Below are positions 20,748 to 31,054 of a stretch of DNA of 54,111 nt, in pieces. The notes beneath the pieces were generated by a model. It saw only the letters and a list, made by a program, of their open reading frames with translations, had not been told where the DNA came from and did no database searches. The DNA comes from Bdellovibrionota bacterium (lineage in GTDB: Bacteria > Bdellovibrionota_C > UBA2361 > JBGSMV01). How positions within the stretch are numbered: position 1 is the stretch's first letter; every line of letters starts with the position of its first letter. The stretch spans positions 1 to 54,111 of the forward strand of contig JBIKWF010000015.1 in NCBI GenBank assembly GCA_044356455.1. Reading direction: 5' to 3'. Both the position numbers and the translations under genes were made by a program.

Positions 20748-22089
20748 AGCTTGTGCTACTGCACCGAGCTCGTGAGGGTATCGGAAAGGAGTCCCCTATC
20801 CCAGCAACTCCCTGATAGAAGCGAATGAGCCTGCGTGCCTGGCGGTCGATACCATACCTCTCCCGCCCACGTTCAGCGTGTTGAGCCAAAAGCTCGAGAC
20901 GGCCGGGCTGCAGCATCACATTCAGCGCTTCAGATATGTTATCGAGAAATGAGACCTCCGCTGCCCCAGTACGATTCATTAAGAAATGGACGAGGCGTCC
21001 GGCACCCACGAGCGAAGGAATACCCGCATCAAGGTAGTCAAAAATTTTGTTCGCGGTGTAAATGTTAAAATAGGCTGGGATATAGGTCTTATCGCCTTCG
21101 CGTAAACTTCCCTGAGAGATTGAGAAGATCCCAAGATGGTACTGACTCATTTCTCGCATAAGCTCGGTGGGGGTGAGCGGAGCGTGGAGGTGGAAAAGAG
21201 GATTCTGTCTCGCCAACTCTGCATACTCTGGATGCGCTTCTTCTGCTGTTTGACCAAAAGGCAAGAAGGGATACATATGATAATGTATCCCATGATTCGT
21301 AATGTCCTCGATACATACGCGAGAGTTGGGGCCCGCCTTGTGTCGAGCGGCATGGAAATAGACAGATCCAAGGCCTCCCGCGTACACGGCATGGATACCA
21401 TCAGAGCGCTTTGGCAATCGAGAGCAGAGATGCTCAGTTAAATTCCAGCAATAGTCAGGGAAGAACAAGACCTGTCTTGGAATTTTGTAGCCCAGCGTGC
21501 GCTTCGCATAGCGAACTTGTAAGCTTCGAGAGGTCACCGCATCTGCAGACTCAAAGCAGAATTTTTCTTGTGTAATCTGTTTCGCATACTCTATGCGGAG
21601 ATTATCTTGGAGAAATCCTCCCATCACATCATACGATTCGAAAACAATCTTACCCGGCCGACACTGCATAAACAGTTCTGCCACCTCGAAATTCCAGCTA
21701 GAGAAGACGTGATAAACTGCGGGAGATACCATGCAGGCAAAGAGGAGACACTCCTCCCGGTCCTTAAACTGAAGGATCTTCGAGAAAAATCGGCGCTGGT
21801 CTTCGGGAACTTGCCCTTGATGAAGGAGAACAACCGACCAGCCATTTCTCTGCAAACCGGAAGCAATCTTAAAGTGCCGCGCGGAGGGCACATCTATTAC
21901 AAAAACTACTAAACGCTCATCACGTGGGCGGGCGCGCGCAAGCGCGCAAAATTCTTTCAGACGATCGAGGGCGCGAACTCTGACCAGAAGCTGCGTGAGC
22001 AACTCGCAGCGCGTTGCCGCTTCGCTTAAGGCGTCCTTAATTGCATCGGGAGCCATCTCCCATTCCTTGGGGCTAATTTTGATCTCCAT
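20728..22089 (-). CDS. GT-B fold (GT4-like) glycosyltransferase
   Basis: VYAGGL, ELMREMSQYHLGI and NKIFDYLDAGIP signature; ATG 22089 preferred as start. Confidence 0.65.
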   Translation of the reverse strand: MEIKISPKEWEMAPDAIKDALSEAATRCELLTQLLVRVRALDRLKEFCALARARPRDERLVVFVIDVPSARHFKIASGLQRNGWSVVLLHQGQVPEDQRRFFSKILQFKDREECLLFACMVSPAVYHVFSSWNFEVAELFMQCRPGKIVFESYDVMGGFLQDNLRIEYAKQITQEKFCFESADAVTSRSLQVRYAKRTLGYKIPRQVLFFPDYCWNLTEHLCSRLPKRSDGIHAVYAGGLGSVYFHAARHKAGPNSRVCIEDITNHGIHYHMYPFLPFGQTAEEAHPEYAELARQNPLFHLHAPLTPTELMREMSQYHLGIFSISQGSLREGDKTYIPAYFNIYTANKIFDYLDAGIPSLVGAGRLVHFLMNRTGAAEVSFLDNISEALNVMLQPGRLELLAQHAERGRERYGIDRQARRLIRFYQGVAGIGDSFPIPSRARCSSTSSTSLFE

Positions 22090-22435
22090 CCCTAACCTCG
22101 AAAACTCTTGGCCCCGCCCTCTGCCGAAGTAATCCCTTCGCAACTTCGCTTACTTGGGTATGATGCACTCGGGCCGCGAGATGGTCCCTTCGAGCTGGAA
22201 CTTCCCCTGCCCCTGTTCCTGCGGTCTCATGGAATGGGCGGCCTGTGGCTGAGGTTAAGGCGACCAAAGGCGACTATGGGGTACGGGCGTGAGTGCCTAT
22301 CTACCTGTAAACACTCACGACTTTGGCACTTTTTCTCGCAATCTTTGATGAACCATTAGAATTGGCAAATTCATCGAATTTACTGGGGACTACGACCTTT
22401 GAGACTCTGAGGAAGTAGGTTCATCAGGAAGGCAT

Positions 22436-24760
22436 ATGAGTTATCCGCAGCGAGTGAAGGTAGTAATGGTGGTGTGGGGTACGCGCTTCACCCGCTTTTT
22501 CCTTGACTACGCACTCCCTTCCCAACTCTCTGAGGGCAACCTTCCCGCTCTCGCGCGTGGAACCAATTGCTCGTATCACTTGTACACCAGGTCGGCTGAC
22601 CTTGCGCTCATAGAAAGTTCAGACGCGTTCACTCGGTTACGCTCCTTGATGCCTATCGAGATAGTACCGACCGAGCGCTTCCTTACCGATGAATTCTTAA
22701 ACACGAAATCACATCAGGCGATGAATGCCTGTCACGCGCATTTTACTTCTACCCAATTTGAGCAAGGGGTCGCCTATATTTTCATGGCTCCTGACGCGAT
22801 CTGGGCTGATGGCAGTCTTCAACACATTGTTGACGTACTTCCCGATTATGATCTTCTTTTCGGCGCCGCTCCTCGCATCGATTCGACCTATTTTCCGCAG
22901 AATCTTGACTCACGTTTTCCGCTCATCGCCGGCGTGCGCACGATACCTCCGCGCGGTCTTGTGAGCGTCGCAGTGCCGCAGCTTCACCCCGAGCCAAGAA
23001 GTCTTCTATGGGAGCGCGAGGAGACGAACCCCCATTGTGTATTCCTGCTTTCTGAAGTTCCAGAGAACGGAATCGTCGGAAGAGTTTTTCACGCCGCCCC
23101 CTACGTGGTGAAGCCGCTTCGAAGCGGCGGCCCCAGCGGGACCTACGATTATGAGTACGCCTTTGGCGCAAACCCACGAGGCCGCGTCTACTATTTTCAA
23201 GACTCTGATGACTTCTGCGTGTTCGAGGTCTCGTCTCCCACGTACGGTTGCATCAGTGTTGAACCACGAGGAAAAACTACTTCTGATTATCTACGCTTCG
23301 CTCGTGCAGCGACCAATGCCACACATCACAAACTGTTCACCTACCAGAATCGTTGGCATGCGAAAGAAATGGATGGTGAATGGTACCGAAAGGAATTAGC
23401 TCTCGACCGGGTCGCGGACGAAGTCCTTACGGCCATAGAAACGAGCCAGCGCGAAAGTCCTAGTTCTCCAGCCAGCGCTCCGCGCATCGTGGTCGTGGTT
23501 GACTCGAAAGGCAGCGCTGAGGAGGGAATTAACTGTTTCAGGCATCTTCTCTCGCAGGAGATCCTTCCTACCACAATCCTATGGCGGCGCTCACTACCAC
23601 TGGATCCAAGATTTCTTGCCCATATTGAATCTTACGTACAGTCAGGCTTTATCAAGATCTGCGAAAGTTCCGATTCACTTCTCACCTTGGCGCTCAAGGA
23701 GCAGGAATCTTGTCCCTACCAATTCCTTTGCATAATTGACGACGCCACCTTGCTGCATCAAGATTTCTTCTCGGTGGGAACAACCGAAGTAGGTGCATTA
23801 ACGCGTCCCCCGCTTTTCGTAAGTGGTTTCACTTCTCAGGCGCGCATGCCTCTTCAAGAGTGGACCGCGGACAACGACCTTCCTTTGCAGAAACCAGAGA
23901 GAGCAGTATGGCTTCCCGCAGACATTGCGAAAGAACTTCTCAAGGTAGGCTTAGCGGAGTTCTTCATTGAACCAAGTACCTGCCTTTTGCGGTCCGATGC
24001 GATACCCATGATTGCTTCACTTGGTGAACTCAACGACGCCGAGGCACAAGTAGTACTGCCCCTCGCTCTTGCACTCTCACAGGGACTGGTCTTTAACAGA
24101 AGGTGCCTTGCAGGAAGACTCTCCGCTTCCGTGGCATCCACCTGCGCTCGCACCAAGGCGCTGGGGCTCGCACCTTGGAGAATTGCCCATTTTCTCTCGC
24201 AATCTTCTATTCTTGCAGCCATGCCCTCCCATGAGTTTGTGCGCATCAGGCCTGAGATAAATCAAGATCTTTCTCCCCAATTTGCGAGTTTCCTCATGGA
24301 ATCTCTCCCCTATGTCATGCAGAAGCAGACACCCGCTCTCAATAATGATGAAATTTTTGTCAGATTCGCCGAAAGCTTCCAAGATCCTGAACCTACCTCT
24401 TTGCTCTTTTTTTCGGCCGAGCTCATTCATCGCAACTACCAAACGGCATGGGCCTACCTAGGAATGGCGCAAGCCTCCCTACGACTTGGGCAAATTCCCC
24501 TTGTTCGAAAGAATATAGCGGCTGCGGAACAACACAGCGCGGGAAATCCTGACGTACTCAATGGCGCAGCCATGATCCTTTTAAAGTCAGGAGAAGTGGA
24601 GCCTGGTCTTAGGCGATTTCACGAACTGATTGAAAAGTTCCCAAATCATTCCGGAATTAGGACCAATATCACGGGAGTCCTTTCTTCTTTTGACTGGGGA
24701 GCGGTACAGGAAATACCGGCCTGGTTAAGCGATCTTCGCTCACGCGCTTTCCAATCCTAG
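22436..24760 (+). CDS. 'VWG' family putative glycosyltransferase (paralogue 3) with C-terminal TPR
   Basis: VVWGTRFTRFFLDYALPSQLSEGNLPAL, APDAIWADGSL, QLHP and DSDDFC; TPR-like AWAYLGMAQASLRLG. Confidence 0.65.
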   Translation: MSYPQRVKVVMVVWGTRFTRFFLDYALPSQLSEGNLPALARGTNCSYHLYTRSADLALIESSDAFTRLRSLMPIEIVPTERFLTDEFLNTKSHQAMNACHAHFTSTQFEQGVAYIFMAPDAIWADGSLQHIVDVLPDYDLLFGAAPRIDSTYFPQNLDSRFPLIAGVRTIPPRGLVSVAVPQLHPEPRSLLWEREETNPHCVFLLSEVPENGIVGRVFHAAPYVVKPLRSGGPSGTYDYEYAFGANPRGRVYYFQDSDDFCVFEVSSPTYGCISVEPRGKTTSDYLRFARAATNATHHKLFTYQNRWHAKEMDGEWYRKELALDRVADEVLTAIETSQRESPSSPASAPRIVVVVDSKGSAEEGINCFRHLLSQEILPTTILWRRSLPLDPRFLAHIESYVQSGFIKICESSDSLLTLALKEQESCPYQFLCIIDDATLLHQDFFSVGTTEVGALTRPPLFVSGFTSQARMPLQEWTADNDLPLQKPERAVWLPADIAKELLKVGLAEFFIEPSTCLLRSDAIPMIASLGELNDAEAQVVLPLALALSQGLVFNRRCLAGRLSASVASTCARTKALGLAPWRIAHFLSQSSILAAMPSHEFVRIRPEINQDLSPQFASFLMESLPYVMQKQTPALNNDEIFVRFAESFQDPEPTSLLFFSAELIHRNYQTAWAYLGMAQASLRLGQIPLVRKNIAAAEQHSAGNPDVLNGAAMILLKSGEVEPGLRRFHELIEKFPNHSGIRTNITGVLSSFDWGAVQEIPAWLSDLRSRAFQS

Positions 24761-24818
24761 GAAGCTCTGAAAAAGTCTACTCTGTGAGATAGGAAGTTGA
24801 GGGCGCCGCTCAATGGGG

Positions 24819-25574
24819 TCATGTTTTTATCACTGCGTCTACCGCAAGCGTCATTTCTAAGCTGACCCGGCACCTCTCTCCCGTGCTTGGAATTCCCCCA
24901 TGTACCAGGTGATAGTTAAACATCACCGCCTCGCCCGGTGCACTGGGGAGGTTGACGATCTCATACTTGCTTTCATCGATGCTGATGACAGGTCGCTTGC
25001 GACCTCCGCTCTCCGCTATGCCGTAAGGGAATTCCATGCGGTGGGAATCAGGAATTACCCTTAGTCCTCCCTTTCCCGTTTCGTTAAATATCGGCACCCA
25101 CACCTAAACTAGTTCCTTACCTGCAGGCGTATTTTGTCCATACACATCGTAGAACCATACGTCCGCGTGAAGTGGCCCCACATCTGATGCCGCGCATGGT
25201 CGCACAAGCCTCCAATTAAACTCTTCATGCCCGAGATTCTCCACGTCGGTAATGTAATAATCCCCAAACCATTCCTTGAATTTCTGAAAGATGGAGCAGT
25301 TTTGGATAAAACGGGCGGACCTTTTTGCATTGAGCAGCCGCTGCTCTTTAGGCCACAGCGCACTATGGTCAATGAGGTGCGAAAGCTCATGATAGTTTTC
25401 AATGCCGAGGGACTCAAATTCTGACACCAATTCTGGGTGCACTGCAGCGATGCGCTCTAGCCAACTCTCTGTTATGAGCGAACGAACGGTGGCGAGTTCT
25501 TCTGGGAGCAGAATCGCCCGAAGAGAATAACCAGGAGATTGAAACACCTCCGTTACGATTGCATCTTCTTTCAT
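24819..25574 (-). pseudogene. PhyH-family dioxygenase interrupted by in-frame TAG
   Basis: Two ORF-track pieces lie in one frame: ...KELV*VWVPIFNETG (TAG at 25104-25106); the paralogue at 18772 reads ETVKVWSAI here. HAD and HGG motifs are intact. Confidence 0.75.
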
Positions 25575-25758
25575 ATACTCTCCTCAACGAGGCGCTCGGT
25601 CGCACTATTTGCCCTTATAGTGTAGTCAAAATTACAGTCTCTAAGAGCGAGCGCAACTCCTGTTGGGAGGGTGCGTGGCAGCTCTCAGAGGTCATCAGTA
25701 CCGTCGGCTCGATGCTCTTAACCGCGCTAAGATGAGGCTAAATTTCAACACTATCTGC

Positions 25759-26970
25759 TCAACTCTTGAAGGGCCTTGAGACGGAGCAAGTCATTCCGGT
25801 AACCATCGCATCATCAAAATTGGGCCGAGGCTGCACGGCTTCAACAAGACTCCGAACCCTCGCGCTATCTACAGGTTGGGCAAGGCAAAATATTACGGCT
25901 TTAAATAAATCTGCCCAACGCGGATCCGAGTAATGCGCGCTTGGGTGAAGGGATGAATTGAGAAGATCCGAAACAAGTCTGTCCGCAAGTTGAACCATTT
26001 TACAACCAAAGCGTGAGGTCTCTCGCACCGCTTCTTGGTAGGCCTCCCCGAAGCTGCTCTGCATGAGGTGGGCGGTTACGTTGTGGGGCAGCGATTCTCC
26101 GCAGAATGATTCTATGAGCTGAACTACATACCCCATGGGCATCTTAGAGAATGAAAGATCTCCTTCTCCCTCGAAATGTCCCATTACCATTTTTGGGGCG
26201 CCGCTCAGCAATGAGTCCAGTTCGGCATTCCACTCCTGCCGAAACTCATCGGGGTCTCCGGCTCGGTAGTATCGATTCCACCCCGGAGCATTTTTAAGAA
26301 GACCCTTCACCTCAGAGGCCCTCACCGCTTCAAGTATCGCTTCGTCGCTCGCCTCAATATTCATGAAGGAGAGAACCGATCGAACCCCTACCAGCGGATT
26401 TTTCTTACAGAAATCAAATGAAATAGACATGCCGCGATTGCCATTAAACCCAGCAATCCAGAGGCTATAATAGAGGGCCCATGCATCAACATAACTAAGC
26501 CCGAGCCAAGAGAGGCGCTGGGTCAAAAACTCATATACCGTGCGACCTTCCACTTCATTGGGATGACGTCGAAAGGTTGAGTACAAAGTACCTGCAAGAT
26601 GGCGGTACCAAAGAATGGTATCTATCGATAGATAGTGGCCCGCTGGGGCACAGTGTGAAAAATTTACCGCTACCCCCTTCTCTAGAATGCGACCCTGTTT
26701 CTGCGCTAACTTCTCGATGCCAGGCAGCCCCGTTTGATAATTGTCGCGAAAATGGAAACTTCCCTCCTTGGGCCTGCCAGAAGAAGGGTCAACCCAGGGA
26801 CCGTGGCCCGCATAGAAGCAATAGACACCTCACTCAAGGAGAATATTGTAAATCCAGTTCTGTCCACTCGGAAGAATACAAGAGATCACTTGAATGTGAC
26901 GCAGAGGCTCACGAGTAGGACTGAGTGCCTTCGCCCTCCCACCAAGCCATCGTGCCCCAACTAAGTCCAT
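25759..26970 (-). pseudogene. Sulfotransferase-domain protein with in-frame TGA
   Basis: Frame extends from ATG 26970 through ISCILPSGQNWIYNILLE*GVY (TGA at 26830-26832) and LWYRHLAGTLYS into ORF 25759..26586; these resemble the 5'-PSB and 3'-PB motifs, plus YRAGDPDEF. Confidence 0.55.
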
Positions 26971-27007
26971 GCGTAGTTCCGATTTTGAACATTCCTAATA
27001 AAAGTTG

Positions 27008-27760
27008 CTACGCAAGCTTTCGCGCTGCCCAAATTCGAGTGGTGTAAGGAATGCGAAGTGATTTCTGTGGCAGACCTTTGAGTAACGTCTCAATTTTCTC
27101 AACCACGGCCTTAAACTTTGGCCCCGCCTGACGCTGCAAAGTAGCATGTGAACGCCACGCCTCCACGCAGGCGTCAACGGATTGTTCGTGAACTACCGTC
27201 CCTTCGATATAAATGGGCTCCGAAAAGAGCTTTGAAGACCTGATAATTTCGGTCTGGTCTTCTCTTCGAGACCCGTAGACGTAGCCTGCAACTTCCTGCG
27301 AAATAGCGCCTTCAATTGCTTGTTGAATGGGGTCGTTAAGGTCGCGGTGATTCCACATGCAGGCAAACCAACCATGCGAGACTAAAAGTCGTGCAGTCTC
27401 TGCAAGCGCCGCGGCGCGGTCTGTTACATTGAAGGAAGATCCAAAGGTTACCAGTTCATAGTGCGCAGCCGGACGGCCGGTATGTTCCCCAGTTCCTTCG
27501 GACCAGGAAACATTCGTGAACGATTTGGTAACCATGATACCATTATTCCGCATGGCATCATTTGGTTCCACGGCATCCACGCGAAATCCCTTCGCCGCGA
27601 GCATTTTAGTAAGATGCCCGGTGCCCGCACCGACGTCACACACGTTTCCGCCTTTGGAGACGGCAGCGAGTGCGAGGAGCTTATCGATTCCCTCGCTCGA
27701 GTAATCGGGGCGCTGTAAATAGGCGTTCGCGAGTTCAGTATAGTCCCACTCTGTCTTCAC
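27008..27760 (-). CDS. Class I SAM methyltransferase (Cj1419/Cj1420-like)
   Basis: KTEWDYT...RPDY, DVGAGTG, FGSSFNV, WNHRD and AWRSHATL; adjacent to the glutamine-kinase-like gene. Confidence 0.8.
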   Translation of the reverse strand: MKTEWDYTELANAYLQRPDYSSEGIDKLLALAAVSKGGNVCDVGAGTGHLTKMLAAKGFRVDAVEPNDAMRNNGIMVTKSFTNVSWSEGTGEHTGRPAAHYELVTFGSSFNVTDRAAALAETARLLVSHGWFACMWNHRDLNDPIQQAIEGAISQEVAGYVYGSRREDQTEIIRSSKLFSEPIYIEGTVVHEQSVDACVEAWRSHATLQRQAGPKFKAVVEKIETLLKGLPQKSLRIPYTTRIWAARKLA

Positions 27761-27848
27761 ACTTAGCCTTCGATAAGAGTTCCTACCACTATCACGCAGA
27801 ATATGTTCTGCAGAATTATATTCCTGCTTAGTCCTGTTCTGACAGCTC

Positions 27849-30217
27849 TTAATCTACCTGCAGAACCTGCTTATGAGCACAGTCAATATCAAGGACTCTC
27901 GCACGTTTCCAGGCTTCGAAATAGGACTCTCCGCAGCCTATTACTGCGGGAATTTTAAGCTCTGCGCAGCGAATCGCCATATGCGAATTGGAGCCACCAT
28001 ACATCGTTACAAGACCTGCAATGCCGCGCGAGAAGATCCAATCATAGCCAGGGTCGGCGCTTTGGATAAACGCAATTTTCCCCGTGAGGTCAACTCCCGG
28101 GAACTCCTCCTCTGTCACGAGAATCGCCGTGACTCTGCCTAGGGTCACGTAGTTGGGCTCAACCGCACTAAGATGGAAGTCATACACCTCATTCTCATGA
28201 GTGATAAGCTGCGGCAGTCGAACCAGATTGGTAATCGCGTACAGCTCCTTATTCTTCTCGATATCTGATTGGAGAATTTGTGGAAGGTCGAGGTGCGACA
28301 CACCCGCATAGAGATCGAGGATTGCACGAATATTGAGGTGCGCGAGCTCTGAGTTATCTACCCCAAAGCGTGCTCCTAGCCCCTCCACAAGACGTAAGAT
28401 TTCGCTGATATTTTTGGTGAACACGAACATGCTGTACTCACGTCCTTCGATGGCCTTCGCAATAAAGGAGAGAAGCGTCTCAGCAGTTGCGTCAATACCA
28501 TTTGCTTTGAGAGACCGGTCTATTTGAGCGCGCTGCTCTGCGGAGAATGAGAATGCCTCTTCATTTGCAAAGTGAGATCCTGCGCCAACGCCTTGGGCCT
28601 TTCCAAAGTAGCGCTCAAAGGCTTCGTCATAAGCGGGGATAGTAAATCGTAGGTCCCTGGCCGAAGATGACCGTAACGTCCAAGAAACTCCTCTTGTTTG
28701 AGACGCCCTTCATGAAGGGATCGCGTGTCTGTGGAAAGTCTCTTCGCGACGGTGTTGAGGGATGCCATAAAACCTTGAAAATCAGCAGCGGACAGAATCC
28801 CCACTTCAACAAAGGAGCGAAGAAACTGCACCGCGATGAATCCCGCGCGCGCGAGTCCCGCAAATGGCAAGGTTCCATATCGTTTACAGTCTTCAACTAG
28901 CCAGTAGATTTTATCGATGGGAGGAAGAGAACTTGAAAGGATAGTAGCAAGTCGCCGCTCAAGCTCATTAATTCTCGATAGGTCTGAAGGAAGCTTCTGA
29001 GAATGCTCCCCCACGATATGATTCGTAAGATCGAGCAGCGCAAATTTAATTCTATCTAACTCAAGGTCATTAAATCCGGCGGCCTTAAGCGCCGTAAGAC
29101 GCTGCGGAAGGTCCAAGTAGTAGCAAGAGAAAACGACGTTGAATTCAACTTTGTCATGGTCCGTGGGTGATTCGAGCAACTTATCGGTATAGTAGTTGAT
29201 GAGCTTTGAGCTAAGTTCTTCAGAGAGCGTAGCAGGAACGAAAGAATTGAGACTTGCTCTCACGTCGACATAGGGCAGCCCCATAAAGGAGACCACGAGA
29301 GGGAAGCTTCTTAAATCGCGGTAGCCATAGTTATGGCGCTGGTATGCCCAAATGCAGTCAGTGACGAGCTCCTTATAGAGCGAGAGAGAAAGTGCCCGCG
29401 GTCTAATCCCGATAATTTCCGCAGGATTCCAGTCTGTCATGACACTATAAATCGCCTTGTCTCCATGGAGACCGGGATGCGGCGCATTAAATTTTTGGAT
29501 CTTGCGATGAATTTTCAGAAGATACGAGTCGAAGGTCTCACGAGGAGTCCTGATTTGAACCTTCGCTTGGGTGAGCGGGCGCACCTGCAGCAGATGTACA
29601 TCCCCGGCACTATCAACGGCAAATTCAATATCGAGAGCATGGGTTCCGGTGACCCGTTCTAGTTCCTGGCACGTTCCCACAACCTTTTCTAGGTTTGAAG
29701 AGAGTGGTGAGAAGGGGGAATTTCTGTAACGAACGTACGTGCGCAGTTCTTTTCCCTTTCCGCTGGTAACTGAGTCAGTAGAACCCGTACAGTCGTCATA
29801 GTTGATGACAAAGTAGGGAGCCCTCGTATCGAGGTCTTGGGAGAAGATGACCCCACTAAGAGTCACGTTTTTTACGAGCGACTGAGCAAAAAACTGATTC
29901 TCAGGTGAATCTGATTTGTAGGAAGCGATTACTTTCTCGATTGCCTGCTCAAGTGCCTTTTCCTCTTGAGGCATCACTCCCGCTACCGAGGCAAATTCTC
30001 CCGCGTGAGATGAGTCTCGGCTGTCTTCTCCCAGAACCGAGCTCCTTACAATTATTGCTTCTTGAAACACTGCTTTGATTCGCGCCGCTACGGCACGCGG
30101 GTTTTCCCTCCATTGGCCCACAGTAAAGGTCTCAAGAGTGGGAATAGTTGCCGAAAGTAATTTACCCGACAAAACACGCAGGGTTTCCGCTTTCGAAGTG
30201 AAGGCCATGGGGGTCAT
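27849..30217 (-). pseudogene. PEP-utilising-fold L-glutamine kinase (Cj1418-like), frameshifted near 28632
   Basis: FTSKAETL, VRSS..EDS, DIEFA, MTDWNPAEIIG, YGHLRPGTY; a 1-nt shift (CCG CTT ATG versus CCG CxT TAT) restores YDEAFERYF...AIEGREY, running into ADPGYDWIF...SHMAIRCAE (phospho-His domain). Confidence 0.8.
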
Positions 30218-30318
30218 AGAGTCTCTTGCCGCAAGAATCGACCCTATTTAGATGCGGTAAAGGAGTGCCTCGGTGCATGAACACGGGGGGTAAACCGAAA
30301 GACCAAAAGCGACACAAC

Positions 30319-30864
30319 CTACTGTAATTGCGATGGAAAATGCTTCTGCAAAGCCTGAGCAATGCCGCTCGCGTTACTCGCCACAACCTCGCCCTTACCA
30401 GGCTCACCCGAAAGGACAAGGTGGGGATTCTTGGGCTCATGCAGCGAAAGAGTTACGCCTACAACATCCTTTCCTTTGCCATAGTGACCCTTCGGGTCAC
30501 GCAAACGCGCAGTCTCAAGACTTACCTTCAGAAATACTTCAAAGTAATTCTTAATATGGGCACGGTTCCATTCCCAAATTTCTGGGTACAGAGACATCGT
30601 GGAGCACACCACCACTAAGCCTTGGTCGTGAAGAAATCGACAAAACCGAGAGAGGCGAAACGCGTTTTGAATACGCTCTGGCTCACTGTGACCTAAGTTG
30701 TCCCCCACTATCTCGCGAACTTCATCGCCATCGAGATGGACCACCGGGTGTCCGAGCGCACGCAGTTCGGCGACAAGGGCCCGCGCGGTAACTGTTTTAC
30801 CAGCCCCAGAGATCCCTGTTATCCAGACTACCAACCCAGCTAGGAGTGTGTCCCGTTGAAACAT
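30319..30864 (-). CDS. Adenylylsulfate-kinase-family P-loop kinase (CysC / Cj1415-like); 5' end altered by MITE insertion
   Basis: VWITGISGAGKT, LDGDEVR and RDPKGHY. Confidence 0.85.
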   Translation of the reverse strand: MFQRDTLLAGLVVWITGISGAGKTVTARALVAELRALGHPVVHLDGDEVREIVGDNLGHSEPERIQNAFRLSRFCRFLHDQGLVVVCSTMSLYPEIWEWNRAHIKNYFEVFLKVSLETARLRDPKGHYGKGKDVVGVTLSLHEPKNPHLVLSGEPGKGEVVASNASGIAQALQKHFPSQLQ

Positions 30865-30952
30865 AAATCCTCATTTTGGACACAATCCGTAGGTAGGCTG
30901 TTCCATTGCCACCACCACATGTAATGCCGGAAATTTTCTGCGGAACAGACTC
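30844..30952. mobile_element. MITE family B (109 bp)
   Basis: Ends GAGTGTGTCCCG / CGGAACAGACTC with CTAG duplication (30840-43, 30953-56); inverted copy at 36092-36200. Confidence 0.8.
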
Positions 30953-31054
30953 CTAGTGAAGACGTGGCCATAAGCGCTATGATACAGAGCGCGCGAGGCA
31001 TGAGCAATCGTATTGAAGACCAACGCGCGCCTCTCTCAAGAGCCAAGGAGATAT

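Noticed and set aside
22090..22230. Upstream in-frame extension of the GT4-like gene through a TAA at 22150-22152
   Set aside because: The extension has no motif, and the ATG at 22089 gives an adequate start, so it is not counted as a lesion.
25104..26832. Stop-codon reassignment, selenocysteine or pyrrolysine at the in-frame TAG/TGA
   Set aside because: TAG and TGA both terminate well-defined genes elsewhere in the window, the two stops are different codons, and a frameshift and an insertion lie nearby; decay or error is simpler.
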